From a virus: DNA of 64,000 nt. The notes below the pieces were generated by a model. That model was not told the DNA's origin and ran no database searches. It was given only the letters and a program-made list of their open reading frames with translations. Below are positions 9,023-19,900 of the stretch, in pieces. Position 1 is the first letter of the stretch; each line of letters starts with the position of its first letter. A program made the position numbers and the translations under genes. The DNA lies in the IMG/VR virus record IMGVR_UViG_3300027141_000003, positions 45,913-109,912 of that record; one strand, given 5' to 3'.

Positions 9023-11944
9023 TTAATCCCTTGTGCTTAAGATTATGTCGCCAATTAAGCCCACGTTATAGAAGTTGCCGCCACTGGTTATAGCAGTTTC
9101 TGAGCTTCCAGATTTAAATATAGTTCTACCAACGGACACTGTGCCGTCACTTTTTATCATAAGCATTGCGGCTTTTTCATCTCCGTAATAATTGTTGTGT
9201 GCTCGGCCTGACAAGTTTTTAAAAACATACGCACCAGCAGTTGCGGAATTTAAAACTATTCCAGTGCTTGTTGCTGAAATATAAGAAGACCCAGCTCTTA
9301 AAAGTGCTGATATTGGATTTTGGCTTAAGGTTAAAGCCCCTCCAGATGTAACTCCAGCAGTTGCTTTTATGGAAATAGTTGATGATGTTGTTGATGCAGA
9401 AGCAGCTGATGAGCTGGCGTAAACAGAATTTGGATCGTCATCTTCATCAAGTGTACTTGCTGCTTTATTTTCAGTTGTAATTGTAGGTATTGAAACTGTG
9501 TCTTGATCTATTTCATACCCTTGCTTAAATGTAATTGTTTGATCTGAAGAGTCAAGTATAAGTCCGCTAGAAGATAGAGATGTGTCATCAATTGTCCATC
9601 CAGCAATTTTACTAATTCCACTTTTTGACAACTCAAATTTTGGCGTAGCTACTCCGCTTGTATATGCTGCAATTCCACCAGAGTTAATTAAAATTCTATC
9701 TCCAGAACTAGCGCTTGCTCCTATAAAAAATGTTCCAGTAATATCTAAGTTGCCAGTAATGGTTCCAGAATTTGCTGTAATCTTTCCAGTAATTTCTGCA
9801 TCTGTAGATATAAGTTTTCCAGTAGATGCTGCAATTGAAGATGCTCCTACTGTCAAAGAGCCTCCTGTAATTGTTATATCTGAAGCTGTAACTGCTCCAG
9901 CTGGAGTAACAGAAAATTTGGCTGATGAGTTTCCAGCAGATACTGGAGACCCTGCCCAAATTGCATACGTGCCAGATGAACTTATTCCAGTGTATGTACC
10001 AGTAGTTCCTCTTTCAAATTTAGATGAATCAATTGTCCACCCAGCAATTTGTCCATACTGTGCATAAATTCCACCATCTGAAGTATCAAGTCTTAATTGA
10101 ACTGCGCCTTTTTTAATTGCAAGCCCGCCACTATTTAACAAAAATCCGTCGCTAGTTAAATTTCCAGACACATTTAATGTTCCTTGAAAAATAGAAGCCC
10201 CAGATGCTCCCATAGAAATATTGCCACCAATGGTTGTTCCGCCTGCAACTCCCAAATCTCCATCAATAGATAACTTAGTTCCATTCCAAGAAACAAAGTT
10301 GCTAGATGCTCCACCTATTTTAAATAATGCAGATTGAGCAGAATCAATGTACCAATAGTTATTTGGATTTAAAACAAGACCACGTTTGCCTGTGTCTACT
10401 CCGTATCCAAACTTAAATGTTCCAGTATCAGTTCCGCTTACTCCAGCTTCAAAGTATCCAGTGGTTGAAACATTTGTGCCAACAAATGGGGATCCGCTTA
10501 CCGCAATGTTTGGAGAAAGAGCGGTATATGCAGAAGAAGTATTATTAAATTCATCATAAGAAGCAATGCCAACTTCGTAAGTAGTTCCTAAAGCTAATCC
10601 TGCAAGCCTATATGTTGTTGCATTACCTGGCGAGTCTACATAAGAATAATTTTCAAATGGCGCTGATGCTTTGTATGGCCTAAATCTAATTCTATATCCA
10701 CGAAGAGTTGAATCGGATACTCCAGTCCAAGAAATATTTACAACTCCATTGAATCCAATTGTTCCAGTGCTATCTGTTCCTGCTGTTGCAGATATTGTTG
10801 AAGGAGCAGCAGGTGCATTTACGTCTGCAGCGATTGCATCAATTGGAGTAACAGATTGCTCTGCTGACCACGAAGATGTAAATCCATCATCTGTTATATA
10901 TCTAATTTTAACATATCTAAGAGTGTATACGGTCTTCTTTATAATTGCTGGGCTTGCTCCGCTAAAAACTAAATCTAATTCTGTTGGATTGCCAGCCCCC
11001 CAAGAACTTCCACTTTCGTAAACCTTAGCAAAGGAAGCTCCAGGTGGCAACGTCCAGGTTGCAGTGTATCCATTTGTAATTGCAGTTAATGTAAATGTAG
11101 GAACTACTCCAAGCAAAACATTTGTTTTTTCAGATACAGTAAACGATACGCCAGAGTCACGATTATCTAATGAATCTGCTGAAACAAATAAGCCAGTAAA
11201 CGATGTAAAGTACTGTCCAAATGTGTTATATAGTTCTTGCTGAGTAATTAAAATTGATTGTGATGTTCCAGATGTGCTTGGAAATTTTGTAAAGAATCCA
11301 TTGTTAGATCCGTTTGTTAATCTTATAACAAACTTTTTAGCGTCCGCAGATACTGTTGCTGTTATTAATATATTATTTCCAGACCAAGATGCGGTGATTC
11401 CAGATGCTGGAGTAGGAGGAGTAACATCTAATGCTGCTGCTACTGGATCTACTGGTGTTACTGAAACTGGATCAGAGTATGCAGTATTTCCTGAAATCTT
11501 ATCTATTAGCTTTATTCGAACCCATCTCTTTAAAACATCACCAACTGTTACTGTTGTTGGGTTAGTAGAAGTTACTTTAACCTCTGTCCATCCAGTAGTT
11601 GGAGCAGTATTAGAATTAGAAACAGATTCTTCAATAATTGCATGCTCAAAATTTTTGTCAGTTTGTTTAGTAAAAGAAACTATATACCCTAAAGATGATG
11701 GGGTTACTGTAATCGTTGGCTTTGTTAATTTTGTTGTATAGGAAGCTGTAGTTACTGTATAGCCATCTGACCACTTACTTCTAGTTCCGTCTGGGAAAAC
11801 CCATTGAAAATTAAATGCATGTGGAGTGCCTGGTGTTAAATTTAAAATTGGTATAATAAAATAATCTTGTTCTGTGGTCTTTGAATTATTTTTATCTAAG
11901 TCTTTAGGGAAATAGCTTAATCTTTCTTCGTATGCGCCAGCCAT
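9023..11944 (-). CDS. tail tip/fibre protein with fibronectin type III domains
   Basis: 973 aa. Fn3 motif ISWTGVSDSTLRGYRIRF...LAGLALGTTYEVGIASYD; Gly-rich beta-helix-like C-terminal half (IAGWTI repeats). Confidence 0.8.
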   Translation of the reverse strand: MAGAYEERLSYFPKDLDKNNSKTTEQDYFIIPILNLTPGTPHAFNFQWVFPDGTRSKWSDGYTVTTASYTTKLTKPTITVTPSSLGYIVSFTKQTDKNFEHAIIEESVSNSNTAPTTGWTEVKVTSTNPTTVTVGDVLKRWVRIKLIDKISGNTAYSDPVSVTPVDPVAAALDVTPPTPASGITASWSGNNILITATVSADAKKFVIRLTNGSNNGFFTKFPSTSGTSQSILITQQELYNTFGQYFTSFTGLFVSADSLDNRDSGVSFTVSEKTNVLLGVVPTFTLTAITNGYTATWTLPPGASFAKVYESGSSWGAGNPTELDLVFSGASPAIIKKTVYTLRYVKIRYITDDGFTSSWSAEQSVTPIDAIAADVNAPAAPSTISATAGTDSTGTIGFNGVVNISWTGVSDSTLRGYRIRFRPYKASAPFENYSYVDSPGNATTYRLAGLALGTTYEVGIASYDEFNNTSSAYTALSPNIAVSGSPFVGTNVSTTGYFEAGVSGTDTGTFKFGYGVDTGKRGLVLNPNNYWYIDSAQSALFKIGGASSNFVSWNGTKLSIDGDLGVAGGTTIGGNISMGASGASIFQGTLNVSGNLTSDGFLLNSGGLAIKKGAVQLRLDTSDGGIYAQYGQIAGWTIDSSKFERGTTGTYTGISSSGTYAIWAGSPVSAGNSSAKFSVTPAGAVTASDITITGGSLTVGASSIAASTGKLISTDAEITGKITANSGTITGNLDITGTFFIGASASSGDRILINSGGIAAYTSGVATPKFELSKSGISKIAGWTIDDTSLSSSGLILDSSDQTITFKQGYEIDQDTVSIPTITTENKAASTLDEDDDPNSVYASSSAASASTTSSTISIKATAGVTSGGALTLSQNPISALLRAGSSYISATSTGIVLNSATAGAYVFKNLSGRAHNNYYGDEKAAMLMIKSDGTVSVGRTIFKSGSSETAITSGGNFYNVGLIGDIILSTRD

Positions 11945-12871
11945 TTAAAACTCCAGCAATAACTTGTATTCAATGTCTACGGGTCTTCCTGGCTTCTTTA
12001 TTAACGGGGTAGACAATACGGATCTACTAATTATTCCATATCCTGGATCAAAGGTATCTTCATCATTAACTCTAATGCCATCAAAGTAGACTGTTGTGTT
12101 CCCGCCAGCTGCTGTTACGGCAACTCCTATTTTTGTAATAGATGCAGGATCTGGCAAGTTTGGAGAAGCAGTATAATTTGAAAAAAGGCTGTTCATTGAC
12201 AGACTTTGTATTCTATCTCCTGAGCCAGTTGCGGGAGTAAAATCAACATAGTAGTATGCTGTTGGAGAACTATAAAACTTTACTCTAATGTTAGATAAGT
12301 TATTGTCTGATTTTTTGTAAGCGATAGATATAGTATCATTAATGCTATAGCCTGAGATATCATAAGAATCTAAAGAGTTAGTGTATTCTTTTGTTGTACC
12401 AGAAGTTGCATCTACTCTAATCATGCTATCATCAATTTTTGATAAAAATGTGTAGTTCCCAGAAGCATCCTGGGTATTACTCTGAATAGTTGGATTGAGT
12501 ATTCCGTCAAACCAATTAAAATTATTTGTAAAAGAAGAAATAAACTGACTATCATAGTTGTTGAAAGAAGATCTACCTCCAGGATAAAGACCTATTTCTG
12601 ACACTACACCAGACACATCTTGTGGAATTGTTGAGGAATAAACAACATTATATTGAAATACTGGATTGTTGCTTCCATCTACCCCAGTTTGAATTACGTC
12701 AAAACTTGATAAGAGGACGGGCAATCTATAAAATTCAAACTCTAGTTTAGTATCATTCCCATTAGCATCGACAGGAGTAGAGCCTATTCCTAATGCTAGC
12801 TCTCTGCCAGAAGAAGAATTAACCCCTGCCAGTTGACCTGCTAAAAATCTTTTACCAAATTTAGTTATCAT
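11945..12871 (-). CDS. minor tail/baseplate protein
   Basis: MITKFGKRFLA...LALGIG...D..LEFE...EIGLY resembles the tail-collar N-terminus pattern; position in tail operon. Confidence 0.65.
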   Translation of the reverse strand: MITKFGKRFLAGQLAGVNSSSGRELALGIGSTPVDANGNDTKLEFEFYRLPVLLSSFDVIQTGVDGSNNPVFQYNVVYSSTIPQDVSGVVSEIGLYPGGRSSFNNYDSQFISSFTNNFNWFDGILNPTIQSNTQDASGNYTFLSKIDDSMIRVDATSGTTKEYTNSLDSYDISGYSINDTISIAYKKSDNNLSNIRVKFYSSPTAYYYVDFTPATGSGDRIQSLSMNSLFSNYTASPNLPDPASITKIGVAVTAAGGNTTVYFDGIRVNDEDTFDPGYGIISRSVLSTPLIKKPGRPVDIEYKLLLEF

Positions 12872-13257
12872 TTTTTCTCTACTCTCATATCAATTGCTTT
12901 TAACATTTTACCACTGCTATTTTTTACTTTAAAAACTATTTTTGCAGAAGGTATTCCAGCCAAATCAAAAACCACTTCGTTAGAAACAATTTCTATATCT
13001 GATAATTTGGGCCTGTCATTACCTTCAGGGGGATCTTCAGGTTCTTCTGGATCGTCTGGATCATCTGGGTCTTTTGGTTCTTCTGGGTCATCTAGCCCAT
13101 CATTAGCCTGCTTACCACCAAATCTGGCTGCAGCAACATTTGGCTGTAAATATGCTAGATAGTTTGAGTTGGCAACAACGTCTATATCTGAACCAGCAAC
13201 CGTAACAATTGGGGCTGTTACTGGAGAGGAGCTTGCAGACTTCTTGGAATTTTTCAT
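12868..13257 (-). CDS. hypothetical tail-module protein with acidic Pro-rich linker
   Basis: DDPEEPKDPDDPDDPEEPEDPPEG linker; TATAAT 7 nt before the ATG. Confidence 0.65.
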   Translation of the reverse strand: MKNSKKSASSSPVTAPIVTVAGSDIDVVANSNYLAYLQPNVAAARFGGKQANDGLDDPEEPKDPDDPDDPEEPEDPPEGNDRPKLSDIEIVSNEVVFDLAGIPSAKIVFKVKNSSGKMLKAIDMRVEKK

Positions 13258-13274
13258 CTTTTTTATTATACCAT

Positions 13275-16200
13275 TTACTGACTATAAATAGATCTAGCAG
13301 TTATTTTAGTATTAAGCCCTCCCTCAAAGCTGTTATTTATATTAGATACTATAAACTTCTGTGTTCCGTCGAATCCATTTGCAGGATAGTTAATTGTAAC
13401 AAGATCTCCCACAGAAATCAAGGGGTTGGAGAATACTTCTAGTTCGCAAACTGACTGCTTTTTAGACCATTGCTGTTTAATCCACTCAGATAAGCTCTTA
13501 GCATCCGACTCCCTTTGTATCCAGGCCGACTCGAAAGTTGCCTGCTCTGGAGTAGTAAATTCATTTATTGTTTTATCCAGATATTCATTTTGGCCAGACT
13601 GAACAATAGTGTTTCCTAGGATAGTAAAAGAGGCAAACTGAGAGTCATCTAGCGGAACAAACGTACCCGCATTATTTACAACATAAACTTCGGCTCCAAA
13701 AGACGTTAGCCTTGATCCTAAAACTTCTACATACTGGCTTAGCCCAACGCTTGCAAAAACTGGGAATGCGGGCCTAGAGTCAAATTTAATATCTATCTTT
13801 TTTAGCTCTCTTGCAACTGTGCCAAATTCATCTACCGTTCCGCCAGAAACACCAGTGTTGTCAAAATTACTTGTAAGCTTGTCTCCATAAAGAAAATCTA
13901 GTGTTGTACTTCCAAATCTTCCGTAATACTGATCTTTAAATAAACCCTTGTCATACTGATCTTTAGTTAAGGGGATTGCATATACGTAATCAAAGAAGGT
14001 AGTTCCTGTTCTTGAGTATATAGCTATATTTGGAGTGGGAACAATAATATCGTCTGCGTCAGCTGCTGTAATCTTAAATCCATTAATAAATACGTCTATA
14101 GCAATAACCTCATTGACTGTATCATGCTTTACACGTATGTCAACCTTATAAGAAGTAGATCCTGATAAAAATGCTAATGTTTTATTTATATCCGACTGCG
14201 AATCAGTAAGAGATGTCATAATGCCATCTTTAACTTTAAATACCCCTAATGACTTATCTGATCCGCTTTTTGCTAAATTAGCTGTTGTTTCTAAAGAGAC
14301 ATAATATCCATCATCTCCATTAGCACTTGTAAAGAATCCAATTCCCCCAGCCGCTGATACATCCTTGACGGTGCTTTTAAAAAACATTCCTGTTCCGAAA
14401 GTGTAGTAATCTCCAGAGTAATCTATGGCCATATTTTTTACAGCCACAGAGTATAGTTGCTTGTTGGTAGAATCAGATGTTATTTTAAATAAAGACTTTT
14501 GAATTTCTTTAACCGACGAATTTGTTTCTGTTGGAACTGAATCTAAAGATGGTGGATTTGCTACAGATGCTAAAATATCAGATGACACAGAGCTTGGTGC
14601 CAGAGGGTCTGAGTTGGCTTTAAATACATTATTGTATCCTGACCACCCAATTTTAGCGTTTGCCCCAGCAGCTGTATGCGCTGCTATAGCTGTGCCCAAT
14701 GCGCCTCTAGTTTTAATTCTTATTCTTCCAGTTTGTCCTATAGATTTATTAGCAGCTTTTGTTGTTGTCATATCGTTTGCAATTTTTTGCAAGTCGCTCT
14801 GCTGCTTGATGTCAATCTTTTTTATAGTATCATTGGCGCTGTAATACTGATACTCAACTGCGTCATACTCTATAATTTCAGAATCAATAACTAAATATCC
14901 AGAGTAGCTATAAATAATTTGTTTTTGTTCTTGATTAACTATGATAGGAGATAGGCTAATATACTCTCCTGCTCCTGCGGTTGCTGACAATGCGGTATTA
15001 AGCGAGTATGCTCCTAGATATGCAGATCCTGACTTCCATAAAGGCTGGGCGCTACCAAGCAATTCGCTGGCTGTTACTGGATTCCATAATACTTTTACTT
15101 GGTTAATTGCTGGTAAATCTATTTTATTTAAAGACATTATGTTAGGTAAAATGGTTCCGTCTTTTGCATACTTAAAGTTCCAGTGTGCAGTAGTTTGAGA
15201 AAATAAGTAGTCTCTTGTATAAAATTGAAGAACGTTGTTTTCATCAAAGGTCGCCACCATTTGCGAATCTCTACAGAGTTCCTGTATGGCATTCCAAACA
15301 CTTTCACTGTCATCTGTCCACCAATATATAGGACTGAGTATAGATTCATCTTTTACTGTACCCACCGTTGGCTTGTAGTTTATATTATAGTTGGTAAAGC
15401 CTACATTATCTAAAAGCCTTCTTATAATTCCTATTGCCGAAGTGTCCTTGCAAACCATTCCTGGAACGATTATGTCTTGCAAAGCTTTAGCACCATCTAA
15501 GGCTGTTAAATTAATATTGCCAAATTCAGATGTATTCCAGCTATCAATATAAAATGTTCCCTGCTTTACCCTTTGGTGTGTACCCTTTGAATCACTAAAT
15601 GGCGCAGCTGAATAATAAACTTTTATATATGGCTTTAGCTCGGCACCCTTATACATATACAAATATGATGAATTGAATGCTGTTCCCTTTTCGTATGAAA
15701 CAATTTTTCTTGGGGATTCATAAGAAAGCAAAGAGGCCGACATTGAGTTTGCTGAAACTTTTCCAACTGGCAATATATCATCAGCGCTAGTAGATGATTC
15801 TTGGGATGTAGAAAAACTTATCATGCTATCAGTTAGGTCTGCTACCCATCTAGGAGATAGCTCAATGACTCCAACATGTGCATTAGTTACGCCTGCTGTT
15901 GTTAGCCTTAAAGATGTTATAGGCACAGGAGCTGATAATGTTGAAGGCTCCGTAGTTGTCCAAGATGTTCCGTTATAGTATAAAGTTAGAGTTCCTGCAT
16001 CGTAATTTTTTGTTCCGCTAGTAGTGAATGGTTTGATTGCAGAACTTGACCCTGTTGCAAGTTGAACATTTCCTTCTTTAAATATTGTCCATGTGCCTGG
16101 AGTTGAATGTGATATCTCAAACCTAACAATAATTTTATTTGTTAATATTGTTTGTCCATTATATGTAATTGTTATATCTGCCCCTACTCCTTTTTGAGTA

Positions 16201-16535
16201 AGATGATATTTGTAGTACGTATCTATGCCAGGGTAATAGGTTCTGTAGTTTAGTCCGTAATCTACGTTCTTGGGATCCAGCCAAGTTTTGCTAGGAACGT
16301 CTCCAAAAACTCCATATTTAACTCCAGCTCCAACGGGCCTAAAAGCTTTTGTAACAGAAGACAATGGAAACAATTTCTTGTAAGGTTTTGACTGATCGCC
16401 TTTAGTGTACTCGGTACCTGTAACCGTAATATTATCTACCATTGAGTTCATATTATATTCAATGGTGCAGCCGACATTAGCTTCAATTGTAGTATTCTGT
16501 TCTATAATGTCTTTAACTGCTGGTAAATTAATCAT
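13275..16535 (-). CDS. baseplate hub/Tal-like minor tail protein
   Basis: Likely start MINL at 16535 (TAATG). Follows the Dit-position gene; has the WNAIQELC...FDENNVLQF and NPLISVGDLVTI hub-type motifs. Confidence 0.75.
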   Translation of the reverse strand: MINLPAVKDIIEQNTTIEANVGCTIEYNMNSMVDNITVTGTEYTKGDQSKPYKKLFPLSSVTKAFRPVGAGVKYGVFGDVPSKTWLDPKNVDYGLNYRTYYPGIDTYYKYHLTQKGVGADITITYNGQTILTNKIIVRFEISHSTPGTWTIFKEGNVQLATGSSSAIKPFTTSGTKNYDAGTLTLYYNGTSWTTTEPSTLSAPVPITSLRLTTAGVTNAHVGVIELSPRWVADLTDSMISFSTSQESSTSADDILPVGKVSANSMSASLLSYESPRKIVSYEKGTAFNSSYLYMYKGAELKPYIKVYYSAAPFSDSKGTHQRVKQGTFYIDSWNTSEFGNINLTALDGAKALQDIIVPGMVCKDTSAIGIIRRLLDNVGFTNYNINYKPTVGTVKDESILSPIYWWTDDSESVWNAIQELCRDSQMVATFDENNVLQFYTRDYLFSQTTAHWNFKYAKDGTILPNIMSLNKIDLPAINQVKVLWNPVTASELLGSAQPLWKSGSAYLGAYSLNTALSATAGAGEYISLSPIIVNQEQKQIIYSYSGYLVIDSEIIEYDAVEYQYYSANDTIKKIDIKQQSDLQKIANDMTTTKAANKSIGQTGRIRIKTRGALGTAIAAHTAAGANAKIGWSGYNNVFKANSDPLAPSSVSSDILASVANPPSLDSVPTETNSSVKEIQKSLFKITSDSTNKQLYSVAVKNMAIDYSGDYYTFGTGMFFKSTVKDVSAAGGIGFFTSANGDDGYYVSLETTANLAKSGSDKSLGVFKVKDGIMTSLTDSQSDINKTLAFLSGSTSYKVDIRVKHDTVNEVIAIDVFINGFKITAADADDIIVPTPNIAIYSRTGTTFFDYVYAIPLTKDQYDKGLFKDQYYGRFGSTTLDFLYGDKLTSNFDNTGVSGGTVDEFGTVARELKKIDIKFDSRPAFPVFASVGLSQYVEVLGSRLTSFGAEVYVVNNAGTFVPLDDSQFASFTILGNTIVQSGQNEYLDKTINEFTTPEQATFESAWIQRESDAKSLSEWIKQQWSKKQSVCELEVFSNPLISVGDLVTINYPANGFDGTQKFIVSNINNSFEGGLNTKITARSIYSQ

Positions 16536-16981
16536 TAAACTTCTTCCAGTGAAATAGATACGTCCCAAAATGCTTGTGCTGTATCCGCCGCTTTTCCCTT
16601 TACATTTCTTTTGATCATATTAAATGAGCATGAAGTAAAGCTTGCAACAAAATCTTCAGTTCTAGCTGAGTTATAGGCTATTCTTACATTAAATGTTCCT
16701 TGGCCTTTAGCGCTTAAATAAAACGTTTTTATATCTTCTGCTCCCCAGCCTGAATCTACAGTCATAGAAGAGTATGAAGGGATATTGTTCCAAGAGGTAG
16801 AAACATTCTTCTTGTCGGCTATAAATAGCTTTCTAAGGCTTCCATTAGACATTCTGGCTGTTTGCTCAATACGTTCTACGTTTATAGATACTGGGGCTCT
16901 ATTATGCTCAGTTAATTTTTGCCACGTACCAACGGCATCCTGTATAAATAATGCCGAACCTACTGGTAAAGTTATAGCCAT
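16535..16981 (-). CDS. distal tail (Dit-like) protein
   Basis: 148 aa directly after the tape measure; ARMSNGSLR and C-terminal ISLEEV. Confidence 0.65.
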   Translation of the reverse strand: MAITLPVGSALFIQDAVGTWQKLTEHNRAPVSINVERIEQTARMSNGSLRKLFIADKKNVSTSWNNIPSYSSMTVDSGWGAEDIKTFYLSAKGQGTFNVRIAYNSARTEDFVASFTSCSFNMIKRNVKGKAADTAQAFWDVSISLEEV

Positions 16982-19900
16982 TAAACACTTCCTCCTATTC
17001 TTCTGCCGACTCCTTCTTTTGCATTAATCAAAGACAGCTCCTGCTTAAAGCTACGCATTACGTCATCTACTGTAACAGTTGTTCCATTTAATGCTATATC
17101 AATATTGTAAACATTATTGCTGCTTGGGCTATTACTAATATTAACCCCAGACATTTTAGTTCCAGAAGGTATATCATACCTTGGCATGGTAGCAGCATTT
17201 GGATAAATTATTCCTGAAAACTTAGGCTCAATAAGAATTCCTTCTTGTTGTGCACCCAATGGATTAATTCTATCATTGATCTCCATAAGTTGTCCAGCAG
17301 CAAATCGTCCGCCCAAAGAACTCTGCCTTACTGCTTCTTTAGGACCAATTCCAAATCTTTTTTGTACCTTGTACTTAACTCCATTAGGATCTTCAATTAT
17401 ATCGCCAACTTCTAATTGATCTCCAGCAATTACTGCTTTTCTTGCATCATTCGTCAAGTATCCGTCCTTGCCATAAGGATTTTTAAGAGTGGCATCACTT
17501 GCGTTACCATCATACATTGCTGAATAAAGGTCTCCCGCAGTAGCATACTTACCCTTCATTCCGTCTTTTACCTGATCGGTATAAATTGTAACGTATGGGG
17601 CATTAATTCCATTTTTTAAAGCATTAAGAATTTCATCTACAACTCCAGTAGCTGGTTTTTCAATTCCAAGTTTCTTGCCCAGAGTTTCTAAAGCAGACAT
17701 AGTCTCTGTAAACTCTTTAGTCATTTTAAACTTGTCGCCTTCAGTTTGAAGTTTATTAATTATGTTAGATAGGTTAGTGCTATATGTAGTCAAATCTTTA
17801 TTAAGATTGTCTGCTTTTGTTTGAAGAACTCCTAATTTATCTCCAGCTAAAGCTGCCTTGTCTGCAAGCTTTGTGTTCTTGGCAGTAAGTGAATCTATTT
17901 GATCTTGTAAGGGTTTAATCTCAAGCTCTGCTTTGAGGGTAATTGCCTCTTCTGCTGATTTACGATTAGATTCATTTAGTATCTGCTCTATACTCATTTG
18001 CTCTTCTGCATAGGCTGTCATGTTGCCAGTTGCAAGAGCTTGCTGTGCTCTTAGTTGAGCCTTCTGAATTTCTAGCTGAGCGTTTTCTGCTTCAGTTGCT
18101 TTACGAATTCCATTGATTTTATCTTGAGCAGCTTTTTTAATTTTATCTATCTGTTTGTTTAATGAAGCAATTGCATCTCGGCTATCTATTTGAGCTTTTG
18201 CAGATTGCCCCTTTTGAGCAGTTTGAAGATCTTTAATTTGTTGAGTTAACTTACCATACTTTGTGTATTGTGCACCCACTGCACCTGTTGTTTTTATTGT
18301 GTCATTAATGATTGAGGCAAGTTTAACTGCAGCTACAGCGGCAGTACCACTTAATGCGTTTACGTCTAAATTAGTTCCTTGAACTAAAAGTTGAAGTTTA
18401 GCAAAAGATGTGACTAGAGTATCTGTAGTGTTTAGAACTTCCGCTAGTTCTGGATTTGCTTTACCAATTTCAGCAATAATTTTTGTTGTTAAGGTAGACT
18501 GATTTTGATAAGAAGCATTAATAGCATCAATTTGTTCTCTTGTCGCTTGACCAACTGATTTTGCAACACCCTTATTCTTTTCTGCTGCCTCTGCAGTCTT
18601 TTTAACTGTTTCATCAATTGATCCAGTAATTGCCGCAAAAGTAGTTAACATTGCTGCGGCTTGCCCCTCAACGTCTGAAACTTTTAGCGCTGACTCAAAT
18701 GTCTTTGTTGATTGAATTGCAGCTTGCTCTAATGTTTGAATACCTTGGAATGCTTTTGTTCCTATTGCGCTGCCCGCCATTGCGGCTTTATTAGACGCAT
18801 CTACAATGGCATATATTTTAGCTGTTGCAACCGCAGCAGAATCTCCTGCTGCCATAAATTGAGCCTTTAATTGAATTGCAGTTTGACCAACATCTTTTCT
18901 ATCTGTTTGATCAAATAGCTTGATGTAATCCTGCATAGTAGATTTAACTTGAACCTTAAGCTTTTTGTATTGTTCAATTGTCATATGTATTGGGACGTTA
19001 GCTTTTGTCATGCTCTCATAAATCATTTTATTTTGAGCCTTTAGATCTTTAGCATCTTCGATAGCAGTTTTTATTTGCTTATTATAATCGGTATACTTGT
19101 ATCCTGCTTTGGCAGCAGCATCTGCTGTCATGCCAAATGCTGTTCTATTAATTCTTAATTCTTCTGTGTGATCTTTATGTCTTTTAATTAGGAACCCAAT
19201 GGTTGCTGTAACCGCAGTAAATGCTATTCCTATAGGACTAGTTAATTTAAGTAGTGTTGCAAATCCTTTAAGAAGTGGTCCAAATATTCTTAGTATTCCT
19301 GATAGACTTCCTCCAGTTTTTGATGCTGCCTGCGCTAATCCATTTAGTGGACCTATTGGCTGCTTTAATTGAGTAGGAATTTTATCCATTTGTCTAGACA
19401 TCATTCCCCCGCCTGCTGGCTTGCTTCTAGCAGAACCAAATCCCATTCCCATACTTGCAATTAGAGATGCGATTTGTATAGCGCTTCCTAGTCCTCCGCC
19501 AACTTTTTGCCCAAGCATTTGTCCGCCATATGAAACTGCTAATCCAGCTCCTATGCCTCCTAGAATTCTGCCTCCTCTGCGAGGAGCCTGTTCTTGAACT
19601 TCATCACCATTGTTTAGGTATTGAATTTTAGGAACCATTCCGCCAAGATTATAACCTGGAACCATGCCTCCACGATTCATTCCAAACATTTGTTTTCTTA
19701 GTTTAGAAGTTGACGGAGTCCATGATTTATTATCCCAGTTTGCATATTTAGTTCTTAAGATTTCTCTATCAATTTTACTTAAGCTCTTACCACCTGAGCT
19801 AAGCACATCTGATGCAGATGATTTAATAAGTACATCTACAATGTCTGGCTCTAAAGCCCTTTGCAGATGTCCCTGAGCATTTGTTACATATCCGTACGGT